From positions 4,181 through 68,180 of the forward strand of contig JBAZSG010000005.1 of assembly GCA_041662585.1 (NCBI GenBank): DNA of 64,000 nt, given 5' to 3'. The stretch comes from Patescibacteria group bacterium (GTDB lineage Bacteria > Patescibacteriota > Patescibacteriia > UBA1558 > GWA2-36-10). Below, one piece after another: positions 41,001 through 51,012 of the stretch; the first letter of the stretch is position 1; every line of letters starts with the position of its first letter. The position numbers were made by a program, and so were the translations under genes. The notes under the pieces are model-generated. The model searched no databases, was not told where the DNA came from, and saw only the letters and a list, made by a program, of their open reading frames with translations.

Positions 41001-41464
41001 ATATTTTCTTCTATTTTGGTATTCTGCCCAGCTAAAATATGTCTAGCTAGTGGACCACCTAGACAAGCAGTGCTAGCAATAAGACCTTTAGAATATTTTT
41101 TTAGAGTTGCCCAATCTATGCGAGGTTTATAATAAAAGCCTTCCAAATGGGCGATAGTAGTGAGTTTTAATAGATTTTTGTAGCCTTCATTGTTTTCGGC
41201 TAGTAGTATGAGATGATATGGTTTTTCTTTATTATTTTTTTCGCTTAGCAATCCTGAAGATACATAAGCCTCTACACCAAGGATTGGTTTGATTTTTGCT
41301 TTTTTACATTTTTGATAAAATTCTATAGCTCCATACATGTTGCCATGATCTGTCAAAGCCAAAGCACTAGCTCCTTGAGCTTTGGCTTCAGCAATCAATT
41401 GATCTGGAGTACCTAAGCCATCCAGCAAACTATAATGAGAATGAGTATGGAGATGAATAAACAT
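38015..41464 (-). CDS. dnaE: DNA polymerase III alpha subunit
   Basis: PHP domain HLHTHSHYSLLDG, polymerase core, HhH and OB fold. 1149 aa. Confidence 0.9.
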   Translation of the reverse strand: MFIHLHTHSHYSLLDGLGTPDQLIAEAKAQGASALALTDHGNMYGAIEFYQKCKKAKIKPILGVEAYVSSGLLSEKNNKEKPYHLILLAENNEGYKNLLKLTTIAHLEGFYYKPRIDWATLKKYSKGLIASTACLGGPLARHILAGQNTKIEENINILLDIFGHNNLFLEMQHINNDAQKTVNEAYKKLSSQHNIPLIITNDAHYVHSDDDQAQDVLLCIQTKQKKNDEGRMNYLGEDYSMITEARVLELFGKEAKVAIANTKKIADRCNVEIELGVIQLPEYELPSNTNADAELYRLCIQGVAKRFGFKEKYIPTHIQERLDYEIAIIKKTGYATYFLIVQDFVNWSKSQGIIVGPGRGSAAGSLVSYLINITNIDPLKYDLIFERFLNPERISMPDIDLDFADTRRDEVIRYVEDKYGKDHVSQIITFGTMAARAAIRDVGRVLGYSYGYCDQLAKMIPMFTSLGDALTNVDELKKIYEEDLEAQRLLDMAQKLEGLCRHSSTHACAVLITKEPLTNYTPLQYASGDDKTIVSQYSMHPVEDLGLLKMDFLGLKNLTILEKTIDIVAATKGIKIDLDNLPLEDKKTFELFQSGNTTGVFQLESGGMKRYLKQLKPTELEDIIAMVSLYRPGPMEFIPDFIAGKHGKKKVSYLHPKLEPILKNTYGIAIYQEQIMRIVRDLAGFSYGQADVLRKAVGKKIKKLLDEQEEKIISGMIDNGIDKKTATKIWEFIVPFARYGFNRSHAACYAMIAYQTAYLKSNFPEAFMAALLTADQDNIDRVTIEIKECQKMGIEVLAPDVNESFSNFSVVESTTKNKLGKIRFGLNAIKNVGHHIAKTIIQERKNNGHYKSIEEMLTRIKDKDLNKKSLESLIKAGALDSLISRGKALGNIQALLEFSKKIQNEHKSGQNNLFADLPMATSTLSLKLDEFEDIDIQTRLSWEKELMGLYISDHPFKSYIKILKKHVTTLDKLKKKEGQSVKVAGIVTNVHKITTHKGQAMLFVVLEDSTASTEIIIFPKTLDITFQLWQDENKVIVEGKVSDKDGQTKILVERAELITTATLNDLDAKNLAEEKLWLSLPHGFDKEKMEQLKTILDTSPGLSPVYLKINNGQIRKIKTKIKVLPNKDLQEKISAFLGADSWQINKDQV

Positions 41465-41552
41465 GTAAATATTTGTTGATAATAAAACCCGATAACATTT
41501 GTTATGATTTATATATATGTATCGGGATTGTCCCTGAACTCAGGTTTTATTT

Positions 41553-41837
41553 TTATTTTTTATTTTTGCTAGTCTTTTTTTTGTTGACAGTAGCTAGGAT
41601 TGATTGAGCACCCTTTATCATTACAGTCAAAAAGGCAGCAACATTACCAGCTTTAGATTTGAAAGTATTGACTCCTTCATCTATATTTTTGGCTATATTT
41701 TGAGCAATCTGGATAATATCATTAAAGCCTTTGATACTTCTAGTGATTTGATATAGCATCCATGAAAATAGTATAGCTACCATTAATACCGAAGCACCCA
41801 ATAATACATTTAATAAGTCTCTTGATGTTTCCAACAT
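41553..41837 (-). CDS. Small hypothetical membrane protein
   Basis: 94 aa with two hydrophobic helices. Confidence 0.3.
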   Translation of the reverse strand: MLETSRDLLNVLLGASVLMVAILFSWMLYQITRSIKGFNDIIQIAQNIAKNIDEGVNTFKSKAGNVAAFLTVMIKGAQSILATVNKKKTSKNKK

Positions 41838-41921
41838 TTTTTTATTTTAGTTTTTAAATTCATTATTATTATAACATAGCTCATCTTATCTTGCCAAATA
41901 ATTGGCATAAAGAGCCAAATA

Positions 41922-42809
41922 TTGTATAATTATTATACTATGGATGATTATAAACCAATTAGTCAAAAAGAATTAGAAAGAGGGTATTTTATAGTTACCC
42001 ACCGTTTATTGATAAATAAAATAGTTTTTGGCTTGGTTATTTTTATTTTAATTATTTTGTATGGAGCATTAATAGTTATGACCTTTAATTATTTTAGAGG
42101 GCCGAGTTTTAATGCTTCAGCACTAGCTATACAAAACAATACTTTTGATTGGTCTACTTATCATAATTCTCGGGCTCCAGAAGAAATAACTATATCAAAA
42201 CCAGAGTTTACATCATTAGGTGATAGACGATACAATATTACTGCTTTGGTAGAAAATAAAAATAAAAATTGGGCTGTCAAAAGTATGGATTATCATTTTG
42301 TTTCTCAGGGAGAAAGTACACCCTCTAAGACTGCTTTTATAAATCCAGATGATAAAAGATTATTGGCTTTGACGGCTTATCAATCAGATATAGCTATTAG
42401 AAATCCAGAGCTTGTAGTTTCCAATTTAGAATGGTACCGTATAGATGATACTTTTCCAGTTATCAATATAGATATTTCAAATATTGTCTTTCACGCTGCT
42501 TCTAGAGAAACCGTTGATGGTGTGACTAGTGATTTGCCAGCTAGAGTATCATGGCAGGCTTATAATGATTCGGTTTATAATTTTTGGGAAATAGATTGGC
42601 AAGTAGCTCTATACAATGGTGATAAATTGGTAGCTATCAATGAATTAAAATCTAAAGATTTTTTGGCTTTAGAAAATAGGGAATTAGAAACAGTTTGGTT
42701 GAATAGTTTACCAAGGGTTACTAGAAGCAATATATTTCCACTGCTTAATAAGTTGGACAAAAGTATCTTCAAAGATATTTATGTAACTCCAAAAGTTGAA
42801 AATAGATAA
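41922..42809 (+). CDS. Hypothetical N-terminally anchored protein
   Basis: 295 aa with one TM segment and no recognised motif. Confidence 0.35.
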   Translation: MYNYYTMDDYKPISQKELERGYFIVTHRLLINKIVFGLVIFILIILYGALIVMTFNYFRGPSFNASALAIQNNTFDWSTYHNSRAPEEITISKPEFTSLGDRRYNITALVENKNKNWAVKSMDYHFVSQGESTPSKTAFINPDDKRLLALTAYQSDIAIRNPELVVSNLEWYRIDDTFPVINIDISNIVFHAASRETVDGVTSDLPARVSWQAYNDSVYNFWEIDWQVALYNGDKLVAINELKSKDFLALENRELETVWLNSLPRVTRSNIFPLLNKLDKSIFKDIYVTPKVENR

Positions 42810-42814
42810 GTAGT

Positions 42815-43909
42815 ATGACAAATTTTTTTGCCAAGTGGCAAAAAATAGATTGGCTTTTATTTTTTGCAATAGTTATTTTACTGGTGCTTGGCACCAGTAT
42901 TTTGTATAGCCTTAGTCTCAATACCGATACTAGCAATTTTTTGATTTTTAGAAAGCAAATATTTTTTGCCTTATCTGGAATTGGCCTTTTCTTTTTTGTA
43001 GCTAGTATTAATTATAATGTTTGGTTGACTTATGCCAAGCTTATTTTTATTATTTTTGTTTTGGTTTTAGTAGCAGTATTACTTTTTGGTACAGAGGTAA
43101 AAGGTACTACTGGCTGGATCAATTTGGGTATTTTTAATATTCAACCAGTTGAGTTTGCCAAAATTGCTTTGATCATTGCTTTAGCTCGGTATTTTTCACG
43201 CTATGCTGGTGAATTTTTTATGTTTAGGCACATTGTAAAATCTGGTCTTATAGCTTTTGCTTTTGTTGTTTTGGTCATGTTGCAACCAGATTTGGGTTCA
43301 GCCCTAGTACTTTTGGGTACTTGGCTGATAATTTTACTTTTTACCGGTATCTCAAAAAAGCATTTTTGGTGGTTGACAATAACATTTTTGATGACAGTGA
43401 TTGTAGCTTGGTTTTTTATTTTACAACCTTATCAACAATCTAGAATACTGACTTTTGTAGATCCGGGTCGTGATCCACAAGGGGATGGATACAATGTTAT
43501 ACAATCTATGGTAGCGGTTGGTTCGGGACAGTTTTTTGGTAGAGGTCTAGCTCTTGGTCCGCAAAGTAGTCTTCGTTTTTTACCAGAACCAGGTACTGAT
43601 TTTATATTTGCAGTTATTGCGGAAGACCTTGGACTTATTGGAGTGGCCTTGGTTTTGGGTTTGTTTACTTTTATATTTCATCGTTTATTTATGACTATGC
43701 GCAAAAGTCAGGATGATTTTGGCACTTATCTGGTACTGGGCATTGCATCGATGTTGCTAGTTCAATTATTTATAAATGTGGGTATGAATATGGGTATTTC
43801 ACCAGTTACGGGTATTCCTTTGCCACTGGTATCAGCTGGTGGTAGCTCAATGTGGGCCATTATGATTGCCTTGGGCATAGCGCAAAGCGTACATATGAGA
43901 AGTACTTAG
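42815..43909 (+). CDS. SEDS-family peptidoglycan glycosyltransferase (FtsW/RodA)
   Basis: 10-TM protein with the FAKIALIIALARYF and SEDS large-loop motifs. 364 aa. Confidence 0.8.
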   Translation: MTNFFAKWQKIDWLLFFAIVILLVLGTSILYSLSLNTDTSNFLIFRKQIFFALSGIGLFFFVASINYNVWLTYAKLIFIIFVLVLVAVLLFGTEVKGTTGWINLGIFNIQPVEFAKIALIIALARYFSRYAGEFFMFRHIVKSGLIAFAFVVLVMLQPDLGSALVLLGTWLIILLFTGISKKHFWWLTITFLMTVIVAWFFILQPYQQSRILTFVDPGRDPQGDGYNVIQSMVAVGSGQFFGRGLALGPQSSLRFLPEPGTDFIFAVIAEDLGLIGVALVLGLFTFIFHRLFMTMRKSQDDFGTYLVLGIASMLLVQLFINVGMNMGISPVTGIPLPLVSAGGSSMWAIMIALGIAQSVHMRST

Positions 43910-43977
43910 TATTCTTGACTTTATGGATATTTTGTGATTAAATATACGCATTGAATTTTTAATTTAAGTCTAAAATT

Positions 43978-44658
43978 ATGGCAGAATTTATATTAGAAGC
44001 AAATGAACGTAAAGCTGACAAACAAAGCCAGCTTACAGATATCAGAACAAGCAGCCGAGTACCTGGTATTATTTATGGTTTTTCTCAAAAACCAGTATCT
44101 ATAGATGTAGATTATAGAGAGTTACTCAAGGTATTAAAAGAAGCCGGTACTAGTAATATTATAAGTATTAAAGTAGGTACCAAAGAAATAAAAACTATTG
44201 TTCGTGAATATCAACAAAATCCAGTTAGTGATAAGATTACTCATGTTGATTTTATGGCTGTAGATGCCAAGAAAAAAGTTAATACTAAAGTTCCTTTGGA
44301 ATTTATTGGTGAGTCAACAGTCGTTCGTGAACAAGGTGGACAATTAAATAAAAAAGCGCTCACTGTCAATGTTACATGTCTACCAGCTGACCTACCAGCC
44401 AAGATTGAAATTGATATTTCTGTTTTAAAAGAACTTGGTCAAAAGTTGTTAATTAGAGATTTAAAAGTTGATGCCAAAGTAACTATTACCAACGATCCAA
44501 ATGATCCAGTGGTTAATGTAACTATGCCAAAGAAGATGCAGTTGAAAAGTTTGGCTGAAGAAGCTGCTGATACTGCTGCTGCCGAAGCTGCTACTGCCGC
44601 TGCCGAAGCTGCTACTACTACTGCTGAAGGTGAAGTAAAAACTGAAGAGAAAAAATAA
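43978..44658 (+). CDS. rplY: 50S ribosomal protein L25 / general stress protein Ctc
   Basis: RVPGIIYG N-domain plus Ctc C-domain. Ala/Glu/Thr-rich acidic tail. Confidence 0.8.
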   Translation: MAEFILEANERKADKQSQLTDIRTSSRVPGIIYGFSQKPVSIDVDYRELLKVLKEAGTSNIISIKVGTKEIKTIVREYQQNPVSDKITHVDFMAVDAKKKVNTKVPLEFIGESTVVREQGGQLNKKALTVNVTCLPADLPAKIEIDISVLKELGQKLLIRDLKVDAKVTITNDPNDPVVNVTMPKKMQLKSLAEEAADTAAAEAATAAAEAATTTAEGEVKTEEKK

Positions 44659-44674
44659 TAAATATATTAAATTT

Positions 44675-45697
44675 TTGATGATGAGTCATCGTTCAAAAAT
44701 ATATCTTGCAATAACTGTCATTTTTGTGGCAGTTATTTTGCTTGGGATAGGGATTTTTAATTTTTTATCTCAAAACAAAAAGATTATAAAACCAGTTATA
44801 AATAATGATATAAAATCACCTATTGTATATCGACATATTTTAAATGGTTCTATTTTAGAAAATCCAGATCAAGAATTTTTTGCTATTGCTATAATGTTTG
44901 ACAATGCTTATGATGCTAGACCTCAGTATGGATTGGATAAGGCAGATATTGTTTATGAAGCACTGGCCGAAGGAAATATTACTAGACTTTTGGGTATTTT
45001 TGATAGCCGACAAAATATAGATAAGATTGGGTCAGTTCGTTCAGCTCGTCCGTATTTTATGGACTGGGCAGATGAGTATGCTGGTATTTATATGCATGTT
45101 GGAGGATCTCCTGATGCTTTGGCCAATATCAATAATTATAGTTTTTATAATATTGATCAAATAGGAGTCGGTGAAATATATTTTTGGCGTGACAACAATT
45201 TGGATGCTCCTCACAATGTATTTACCTCATCTTCAAATTGGCTCAGAGTAGGGGAAATAAAAGAGATTTCTAAGATCAATACAAATATAAATTGGAATTT
45301 TGTAGAAAGCGAAGACAATTTGGGCATTGATTTTTCATTGGATTACAATGAACCTTATAAAGTGGATTGGAAGTACAGTGATCAGTTACAAGCTTATTTA
45401 CGCTGGCAAGGAGATAATAAATTTATTTACAATACTGGTGAGCAAGTTAGAGCTGCTAATGTCATTGTCCAAATAGTTGATTCTAAAATTATTGATGAAA
45501 AAGTAAGAAGAAAAATGAATACCCAAGAAGGTGGTCAAGCTTTTGTATTTAATAAAATTGGTAGACAAGACGGAACTTGGGAAGTGGTAGATGGTCGTAC
45601 TAGATTTTTTGACGCAGAAAAAAACGAGCTAAAGCTCGTGGCTGGTCAAACTTGGGTCCAGGTCATACCGACAGAGGAGTATTTAATTACTGAGTAA
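44675..45697 (+). CDS. DUF3048-family extracytoplasmic protein
   Basis: N-terminal TM segment. MFDNAYDARPQYGLDKADIVYEALAEGNITRLLGIF...SVRSARPYF matches the DUF3048 core. Confidence 0.6.
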   Translation: MMMSHRSKIYLAITVIFVAVILLGIGIFNFLSQNKKIIKPVINNDIKSPIVYRHILNGSILENPDQEFFAIAIMFDNAYDARPQYGLDKADIVYEALAEGNITRLLGIFDSRQNIDKIGSVRSARPYFMDWADEYAGIYMHVGGSPDALANINNYSFYNIDQIGVGEIYFWRDNNLDAPHNVFTSSSNWLRVGEIKEISKINTNINWNFVESEDNLGIDFSLDYNEPYKVDWKYSDQLQAYLRWQGDNKFIYNTGEQVRAANVIVQIVDSKIIDEKVRRKMNTQEGGQAFVFNKIGRQDGTWEVVDGRTRFFDAEKNELKLVAGQTWVQVIPTEEYLITE

Positions 45698-46532
45698 TTT
45701 TAACTACGCGAATATTATTGGCCAAGTCTTTTACAAAATTTATTCTAGCTTTAGGGAGATTTTTTAAAGTCTCTTTTTTTATTTGTTCAACTTGCTGGGG
45801 ATCAATTTCCAATAATATTAAATATTGCTTGTTTAAATATTTTGGTATTTGTTTTAAAAGTTTTTTATAATGGTCCAAGCCATCTTTACTAGAAAATAAA
45901 GCAGTCTTAGGTTCTTTTTTAATAGAAGGCTCTTTCATTTGACTAGCAGTAAGATATGGAAGATTGGCTATTACTATATCAAATTTAGTTTCAACATTAT
46001 TTAATAAATTTGATTTTATAAATTTAACTTTATTTTTTAAGTGTAATTTACGAGCATTACTCTTGGCAACTTTTAAAGCTTTAGTAGAAATATCACAAGC
46101 AGTATAATGAGCTTGGCATTTATTATTTTTGGCTATAGATAATATCAAAGCACCAGAACCAGTACCAATGTCTATTATATTTTGATTTTTGCCAGCTGGC
46201 GAATTTATAAATTTTAAAGCCTCTTCTAACAATATTTCGCTGTCAGGACGAGGAATCAAAGTGTGTTTGTTTACCAAAAAATTTAGATTAAAAAATTCTT
46301 TAGAGCCCTTGAGATAAGCTAGTGAATAATTGGCCAATCTTTTATTTAATAGTTTTTTAAAAGCAAGTATATTAGAGCGGTTTAGTTTTTTATCAGGATT
46401 TTTGTATATATAGGCTATATTTTTGTGCAAAGCCAAAGCCATTAGCTGATCTATTTCAGCAATTTCTAATTTATCTTTATATTTTAAGATTAAATTTTTT
46501 AGGCTTGTTTTTGTGCTTTGGCCACTTCCCAT
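45687..46532 (-). CDS. prmC: Release-factor glutamine N5-methyltransferase PrmC/HemK
   Basis: SAM motif [11 protein letters not shown] and substrate motif IANLPY (an NPPY variant). Immediately downstream of and overlapping prfA. Confidence 0.7.
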   Translation of the reverse strand: MGSGQSTKTSLKNLILKYKDKLEIAEIDQLMALALHKNIAYIYKNPDKKLNRSNILAFKKLLNKRLANYSLAYLKGSKEFFNLNFLVNKHTLIPRPDSEILLEEALKFINSPAGKNQNIIDIGTGSGALILSIAKNNKCQAHYTACDISTKALKVAKSNARKLHLKNKVKFIKSNLLNNVETKFDIVIANLPYLTASQMKEPSIKKEPKTALFSSKDGLDHYKKLLKQIPKYLNKQYLILLEIDPQQVEQIKKETLKNLPKARINFVKDLANNIRVVKITQ

Positions 46533-47557
46533 AGAGGTTTTATTATTGGCATTAGATCACCATCAAGTATTTTATCCAAATTGTGCAAAGATAATTTGAT
46601 GCGATGATCGGTCATTCTGTCTTGGGGAAAGTTGTAGGTACGTATTTTTTCTGATCTATCACCACTGCCAATTTGGCTTTTTCTTTCAGCTGCATTTTTG
46701 GCATTATTATCTGCTTCTATTTTGGCCAGTATTCTAGAACGCAAAATAGTCATAGCTTTTTCTTTGTTTTGTCCTTGTGATTTTTCATCTTGGCAAGAAA
46801 CCACAGTATTGGTGGGTAAGTGAGTAATACGCACGGCAGAGTAAGTAGTATTTACTGATTGGCCACCATTGCCAGAAGAACAAAAAGTATCAATACGAAG
46901 ATCTTTGGGCTCTATTTTGAGATCAACTTCTACTGCTTCTGGCATCACAGCCACTGATGCAGCACTAGTGTGAACTCTGCCAGCTTTTTCGGTTTCTGGT
47001 ACACGTTGGACACGATGGACACCACTTTCGTATTTAAAATATTTATAAACATTATCACCGTCAACTTTTGCAATGATTTCTTTGAAGCCTCCAATCTCAG
47101 TACGGTGAGAAGACATTATTTTTATTTTAAAATTCATTTCTTCAGCAAAACGTGAATACATACGGAAAAGCTCAGCAGCAAAAAGAGCAGATTCGTCACC
47201 ACCTGTACCAGCTCGGATTTCCAAGATTATATTTTTTTTGTCATTGGGGTCATCTGGATTTATCAATTCTTCAAATTTTTCTTCGTTTTCATTTATTCTT
47301 TGTTCCAAAATATTTATTTCTTCTTGAGTCATAGCTATCATCTCATCATCAGTTTCTGTTGCTATGGATTCTTCAAGACTGGCCAGATCATGAGAGTCTT
47401 TGTTGATGATTTCAGCCAAAGCTAAAATTATCTTGATTTCATTGTATTCTTTACCAAGACGAGACATCTGGCTAGCATCAGAGACTATGTCTGATTTTTG
47501 CATTTGAGCTTCTAGCTGATCTGATTTTTGTTTGTATTCGGTTATGTTTATTTTCAT
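46499..47557 (-). CDS. prfA: Peptide chain release factor 1
   Basis: GGQ motif ([11 protein letters not shown]) and RF1-type PxT tripeptide ([10 protein letters not shown]). 352 aa. Confidence 0.9.
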   Translation of the reverse strand: MKINITEYKQKSDQLEAQMQKSDIVSDASQMSRLGKEYNEIKIILALAEIINKDSHDLASLEESIATETDDEMIAMTQEEINILEQRINENEEKFEELINPDDPNDKKNIILEIRAGTGGDESALFAAELFRMYSRFAEEMNFKIKIMSSHRTEIGGFKEIIAKVDGDNVYKYFKYESGVHRVQRVPETEKAGRVHTSAASVAVMPEAVEVDLKIEPKDLRIDTFCSSGNGGQSVNTTYSAVRITHLPTNTVVSCQDEKSQGQNKEKAMTILRSRILAKIEADNNAKNAAERKSQIGSGDRSEKIRTYNFPQDRMTDHRIKLSLHNLDKILDGDLMPIIKPLWEVAKAQKQA

Positions 47558-47615
47558 ATCACTATTATTATAATCTATTATCGCCCAGAGGGCGACCCCG
47601 CTTTGCGGGTTAACA

Positions 47616-47650
47616 AAAAAGCTCCTATAAATCTAAAGAGAGCTTTTTTG
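47616..47650 (-). terminator. Hairpin with T-tracts on both sides, downstream of rpmE
   Basis: AAAAAAGCTC-13-nt loop-GAGCTTTTTTG. Confidence 0.4.
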
Positions 47651-47666
47651 TAAAAGTTTGCTTATG

Positions 47667-48023
47667 TTATTTTTTTGTAGCTTTGGTTTTTGCCTTTACA
47701 GTACTTGGTTTGGAATTTTCTTTGATTTCAGCTTTAATTTTGGCTTTTTCTTTGGCTAGTTTTCTTTCACCGGCCTTGGCTTTTTTGACTGCCTTACCTT
47801 TTCTTACTTTAGAAACTTTGGCTTTTTGTTCAGTCAGTTTCTTGAATCTATCTACACGACCAGCTGTATCAACCAATCTTTCTTTTCCACTATAAAAAGG
47901 ATGGCAGTTTGAGCAAATTTCAACGTGGATTTCTTTAACTGTAGAACCTACAGAAAATTTATTACCACAAGCACAAACTACTTTGGCGTCAGCATAATAA
48001 GTTGGATGAATGTCTTTTTTCAT
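47667..48023 (-). CDS. rpmE: 50S ribosomal protein L31 with a ~50-aa Lys/Ala-rich C-terminal extension
   Basis: [10 protein letters not shown]...CxC...CxxC core, then the [35 protein letters not shown]... tail. Confidence 0.85.
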   Translation of the reverse strand: MKKDIHPTYYADAKVVCACGNKFSVGSTVKEIHVEICSNCHPFYSGKERLVDTAGRVDRFKKLTEQKAKVSKVRKGKAVKKAKAGERKLAKEKAKIKAEIKENSKPSTVKAKTKATKK

Positions 48024-48675
48024 AATATTTTATAATTTTTAGGTCTGGGATTTAATCCACCGACTAAATTAATACCCCAACAGAATAACAGCTTAAGCGT
48101 AAAATGTCAATAGTAGGCATGAAAAATAAATATTATATTATCCCTAGCTAAGGATTTTTATTATTTTTTGTTGGGTTTCTTGTATAGTTTGTTGATTATT
48201 AAGCCATTGTTTAGACAAGGCATTGTCTTTATTGTTTTGTGGGGGAATAAAATTTTTATATATTTTTAGTTCTTTATTTTTTATAATCTTATTTACTATG
48301 TTGATTTTTTCTAAGGGCTCAGCATTTTTAAGTTTGCTTATAAATTTTTTATCCACTTTTGATTGCCAATTTTTTATGTCAATTTTTGGCAAAGTTTTTA
48401 ATAGCACCTTTATTTTACAAGACGCTTAAATGTGTTACAATTTTACTATGAAAAAAAAGTTGAAAAAATTTTTAGCCAAAGTTCTAAAGCTGGTTTATTA
48501 TTGATTGATGCAGATAACAAAAACATAAAAGATATAAAGAAAGAAATACGCGATGCTATTTCTGTAAAAATGCAAAACTATTTTTTTGATAATATTATAC
48601 ATTTTATGGATAATAGAGAGTTTGGTAGAGAATTTTTAAAAAAGTATAGTTCTAAGTAGTTAAAATATATATATT

Positions 48676-49107
48676 ATGGAAAATGTAAAATTAAATATTG
48701 CAGTGCATGTGTTTTTGAATAAAGATAATAAATTGTTACTTTTGAAAAGAAAAAACACTAAAGTATTTGACAATATGTGGTCTGTACCATCTGGTAGATT
48801 GAATTCAGGAGAGGGTATTTTGAAAGCAATTATTAGAGAAATAAAGGAAGAAGTTGGAGTTGATATCAAAGTAGAAGATTTGTCAGAGCCTTTATTTATG
48901 CATCACAAAGACGAAAGAGGAGAGCGTGTTTATGTATTTTTTATTTGTCACAATTGGCAAGGCGAGCCAGAAAATTTGGAAAAAGATAAATGTGAGAAAA
49001 TTGAATGGTTTAATATTGAACATTTTCCAAAAGACTTGTTACCACACATTAAGGAGGCTTGGTTACAAATGCAAAATAAAAAAATATATATTGAATATGG
49101 TTTTTAA
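48676..49107 (+). CDS. NUDIX hydrolase
   Basis: Nudix box GRLNSGEGILKAIIREIKEEVGV. Confidence 0.75.
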   Translation: MENVKLNIAVHVFLNKDNKLLLLKRKNTKVFDNMWSVPSGRLNSGEGILKAIIREIKEEVGVDIKVEDLSEPLFMHHKDERGERVYVFFICHNWQGEPENLEKDKCEKIEWFNIEHFPKDLLPHIKEAWLQMQNKKIYIEYGF

Positions 49108-49295
49108 AATATGAAAGTTTTTTTTGATTAGATATGTTGAGACTAAATAGAATTTGAAAAACTATATTACAGATGATAATAAAGATTTTTCTTTATCAGA
49201 GCTTGGTATCAATACAGCCAATAAATTAAAAATTTTTTTTGGATAAGTATAAAATAGATAGTATATATAGCGCTCCTCGCCGTTGTTTTTCAAAT

Positions 49296-49334
49296 GACTG
49301 TTCGGCCCCAGATGCGCACAAAATGCGTGTCTGG
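49296..49334 (+). other. 13-bp GC-rich hairpin in the long rpsB upstream region
   Basis: CCCCAGATGCGCA-caaaa-TGCGTGTCTGGGG (two G.U pairs). Further hairpins at 49427-49477 and 49478-49498 precede the rpsB RBS. Confidence 0.4.
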
Positions 49335-49521
49335 GGTCTTCTTAATATATAAAACCCTTGATTTATTTCAAATTTTGTGTTAGAGTATTGCTACTTAATT
49401 AATCACAACTATTTTCTATATTATTTAGTTTACCTTCCATCCGAAGCCTTGGCGAAGGATGGCTGCTAAATAGGGAAATAGGGGTAAACTCATTTAAAAA
49501 TGAGTTAAAGAAAGGAAAAAT

Positions 49522-50202
49522 ATGAATTTACCAACACTTGAAGAGTTGTTGAAAAAAGGTGTCCATTTTGGTCATAAGACCTCAAAAAGATACCCAAAAG
49601 CCAACTCTTACATTCACACTCAACGCAACGGTGTTCACATTATTGATTTACAAAAGACAGTTAAAGCTTTGGAAATTGCTTTGGCCTTTGTAGACAAGAC
49701 TGTAAAAGCTGGTGGCGTTATTTTATTTGTCGGTTCAAAAAAACAAGCCAAAGACATTGTAAAAGAAGCTGCATTAAGTTGTGGCATGCCGTATATAGTA
49801 GGTCGTTGGTTGGGTGGTACTTTTACCAATTTTGAAAATATTGTTAAATTGACAAAAAAATTGGAAAGACTAGAAAGAGAAGAAGAGGATGGTACCTGGG
49901 AAATGTATACCAAAAAAGAGCAAGTTACTTTCAAAAAAGAACTTAACAAACTCTTGGATAATGTAGGTGGTATAAAAAATATGAAAAATTTGCCAAAGGC
50001 GATTTTTGTAGTAGATCTTAAAAAAGAAGGTACAGCTGTAGCTGAGGCCAATAAGATGGGTATTCCAGTCATTGCTTTGGCTGATACCAATGTCAACCCA
50101 GAATTAGCTACTTATCCAATCCCAGCCAATGATGACGCTATTAAATCAATTGAGGTCATCACTGATTTGATTGCTGAGGCAGTCAGAAACGCACGTAGTT
50201 AA
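49522..50202 (+). CDS. rpsB: 30S ribosomal protein S2
   Basis: LLKKGVHFGHKTSKRYPKA... 226 aa. Confidence 0.9.
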   Translation: MNLPTLEELLKKGVHFGHKTSKRYPKANSYIHTQRNGVHIIDLQKTVKALEIALAFVDKTVKAGGVILFVGSKKQAKDIVKEAALSCGMPYIVGRWLGGTFTNFENIVKLTKKLERLEREEEDGTWEMYTKKEQVTFKKELNKLLDNVGGIKNMKNLPKAIFVVDLKKEGTAVAEANKMGIPVIALADTNVNPELATYPIPANDDAIKSIEVITDLIAEAVRNARS

Positions 50203-50239
50203 TTATATTTTAAATATTAGAGAGTAAACAAATAAAAAA

Positions 50240-51010
50240 ATGTCATTAGAATTGATCAAAGAAATTAGACAAATCACCGGTGCTGGTATAAGTGATGTAA
50301 AAAAAGCATTGGATGAAGCTGGTGATAGAGAAAAAGCAATTGAAATACTTCGCAAAAGAGGTCAAAAAATTGCTGCTAAAAAAGCAGACAGAGAAGTAAA
50401 AGAAGGCGTGATTGCTTTTAGCAAGCAAGGCAATAAAGTAGCTGTAGTAGCACTAGCCTGCGAAACAGATTTTGTGGCCAAAAACGAAGATTTTCAAACC
50501 GCTGTTGGTGAATTGGCCAACAAATTGATGGAAATGGGTAAAACTGATTTTGAGTCTTGGGCTACCAAATTTATACAAGATGAACTTATAGTAAAAATTG
50601 GTGAAAATTTAGTTTTAACAAATTTTGATATTTTTGTAGGTGAAGTAGTGGGTACTTATTTGCATTCAAATAATAAAGTAGCTTCTGTTGTAGTATTAAA
50701 GGGTGGTAGTGAAAGTCTAGCCAAAGACATTGCCATGCATGCTACGGCTATGGCTCCTAAGTATTTAAAGCCAGAAGATGTCCCAGCTGAAATAGTGGCC
50801 AAAGAAAAAGAAATCTATACCGAACAACTTCAAAAAGAAGGTAAGCCAAAAGAGGTGCTTGCTAAAATATTAGAAGGTAAAGTAAATAAGTTTTATACTG
50901 ATGTATGTCTTCTAAAACAAGCCTATATCAAAGATGATAAAAAATCTATTGAGAAATTATTGGAAGAAAATAAAGCCACTATAGAAAAATTTCAGTATTA
51001 TTCATTATAA
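50240..51010 (+). CDS. tsf: Elongation factor Ts
   Basis: UBA-like N-terminus (IKEIRQITGAGISDVKKAL) and dimerisation domains. 256 aa. Confidence 0.9.
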   Translation: MSLELIKEIRQITGAGISDVKKALDEAGDREKAIEILRKRGQKIAAKKADREVKEGVIAFSKQGNKVAVVALACETDFVAKNEDFQTAVGELANKLMEMGKTDFESWATKFIQDELIVKIGENLVLTNFDIFVGEVVGTYLHSNNKVASVVVLKGGSESLAKDIAMHATAMAPKYLKPEDVPAEIVAKEKEIYTEQLQKEGKPKEVLAKILEGKVNKFYTDVCLLKQAYIKDDKKSIEKLLEENKATIEKFQYYSL

Positions 51011-51012
51011 TC

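Noticed and set aside
41465-41552. Hairpin CCTGA-act-TCAGG plus T-tract upstream of dnaE as a plus-strand terminator
   Set aside because: No plus-strand gene ends nearby. It is probably part of the dnaE promoter/leader region or a chance AT-rich tract.
49427-49477. Possible SRP (4.5S) RNA domain IV upstream of rpsB
   Set aside because: The symmetric GAA/GAA loop is suggestive, but the conserved GGAAG…AGCAGC helix-8 consensus is not matched. Left as an unassigned structured element.
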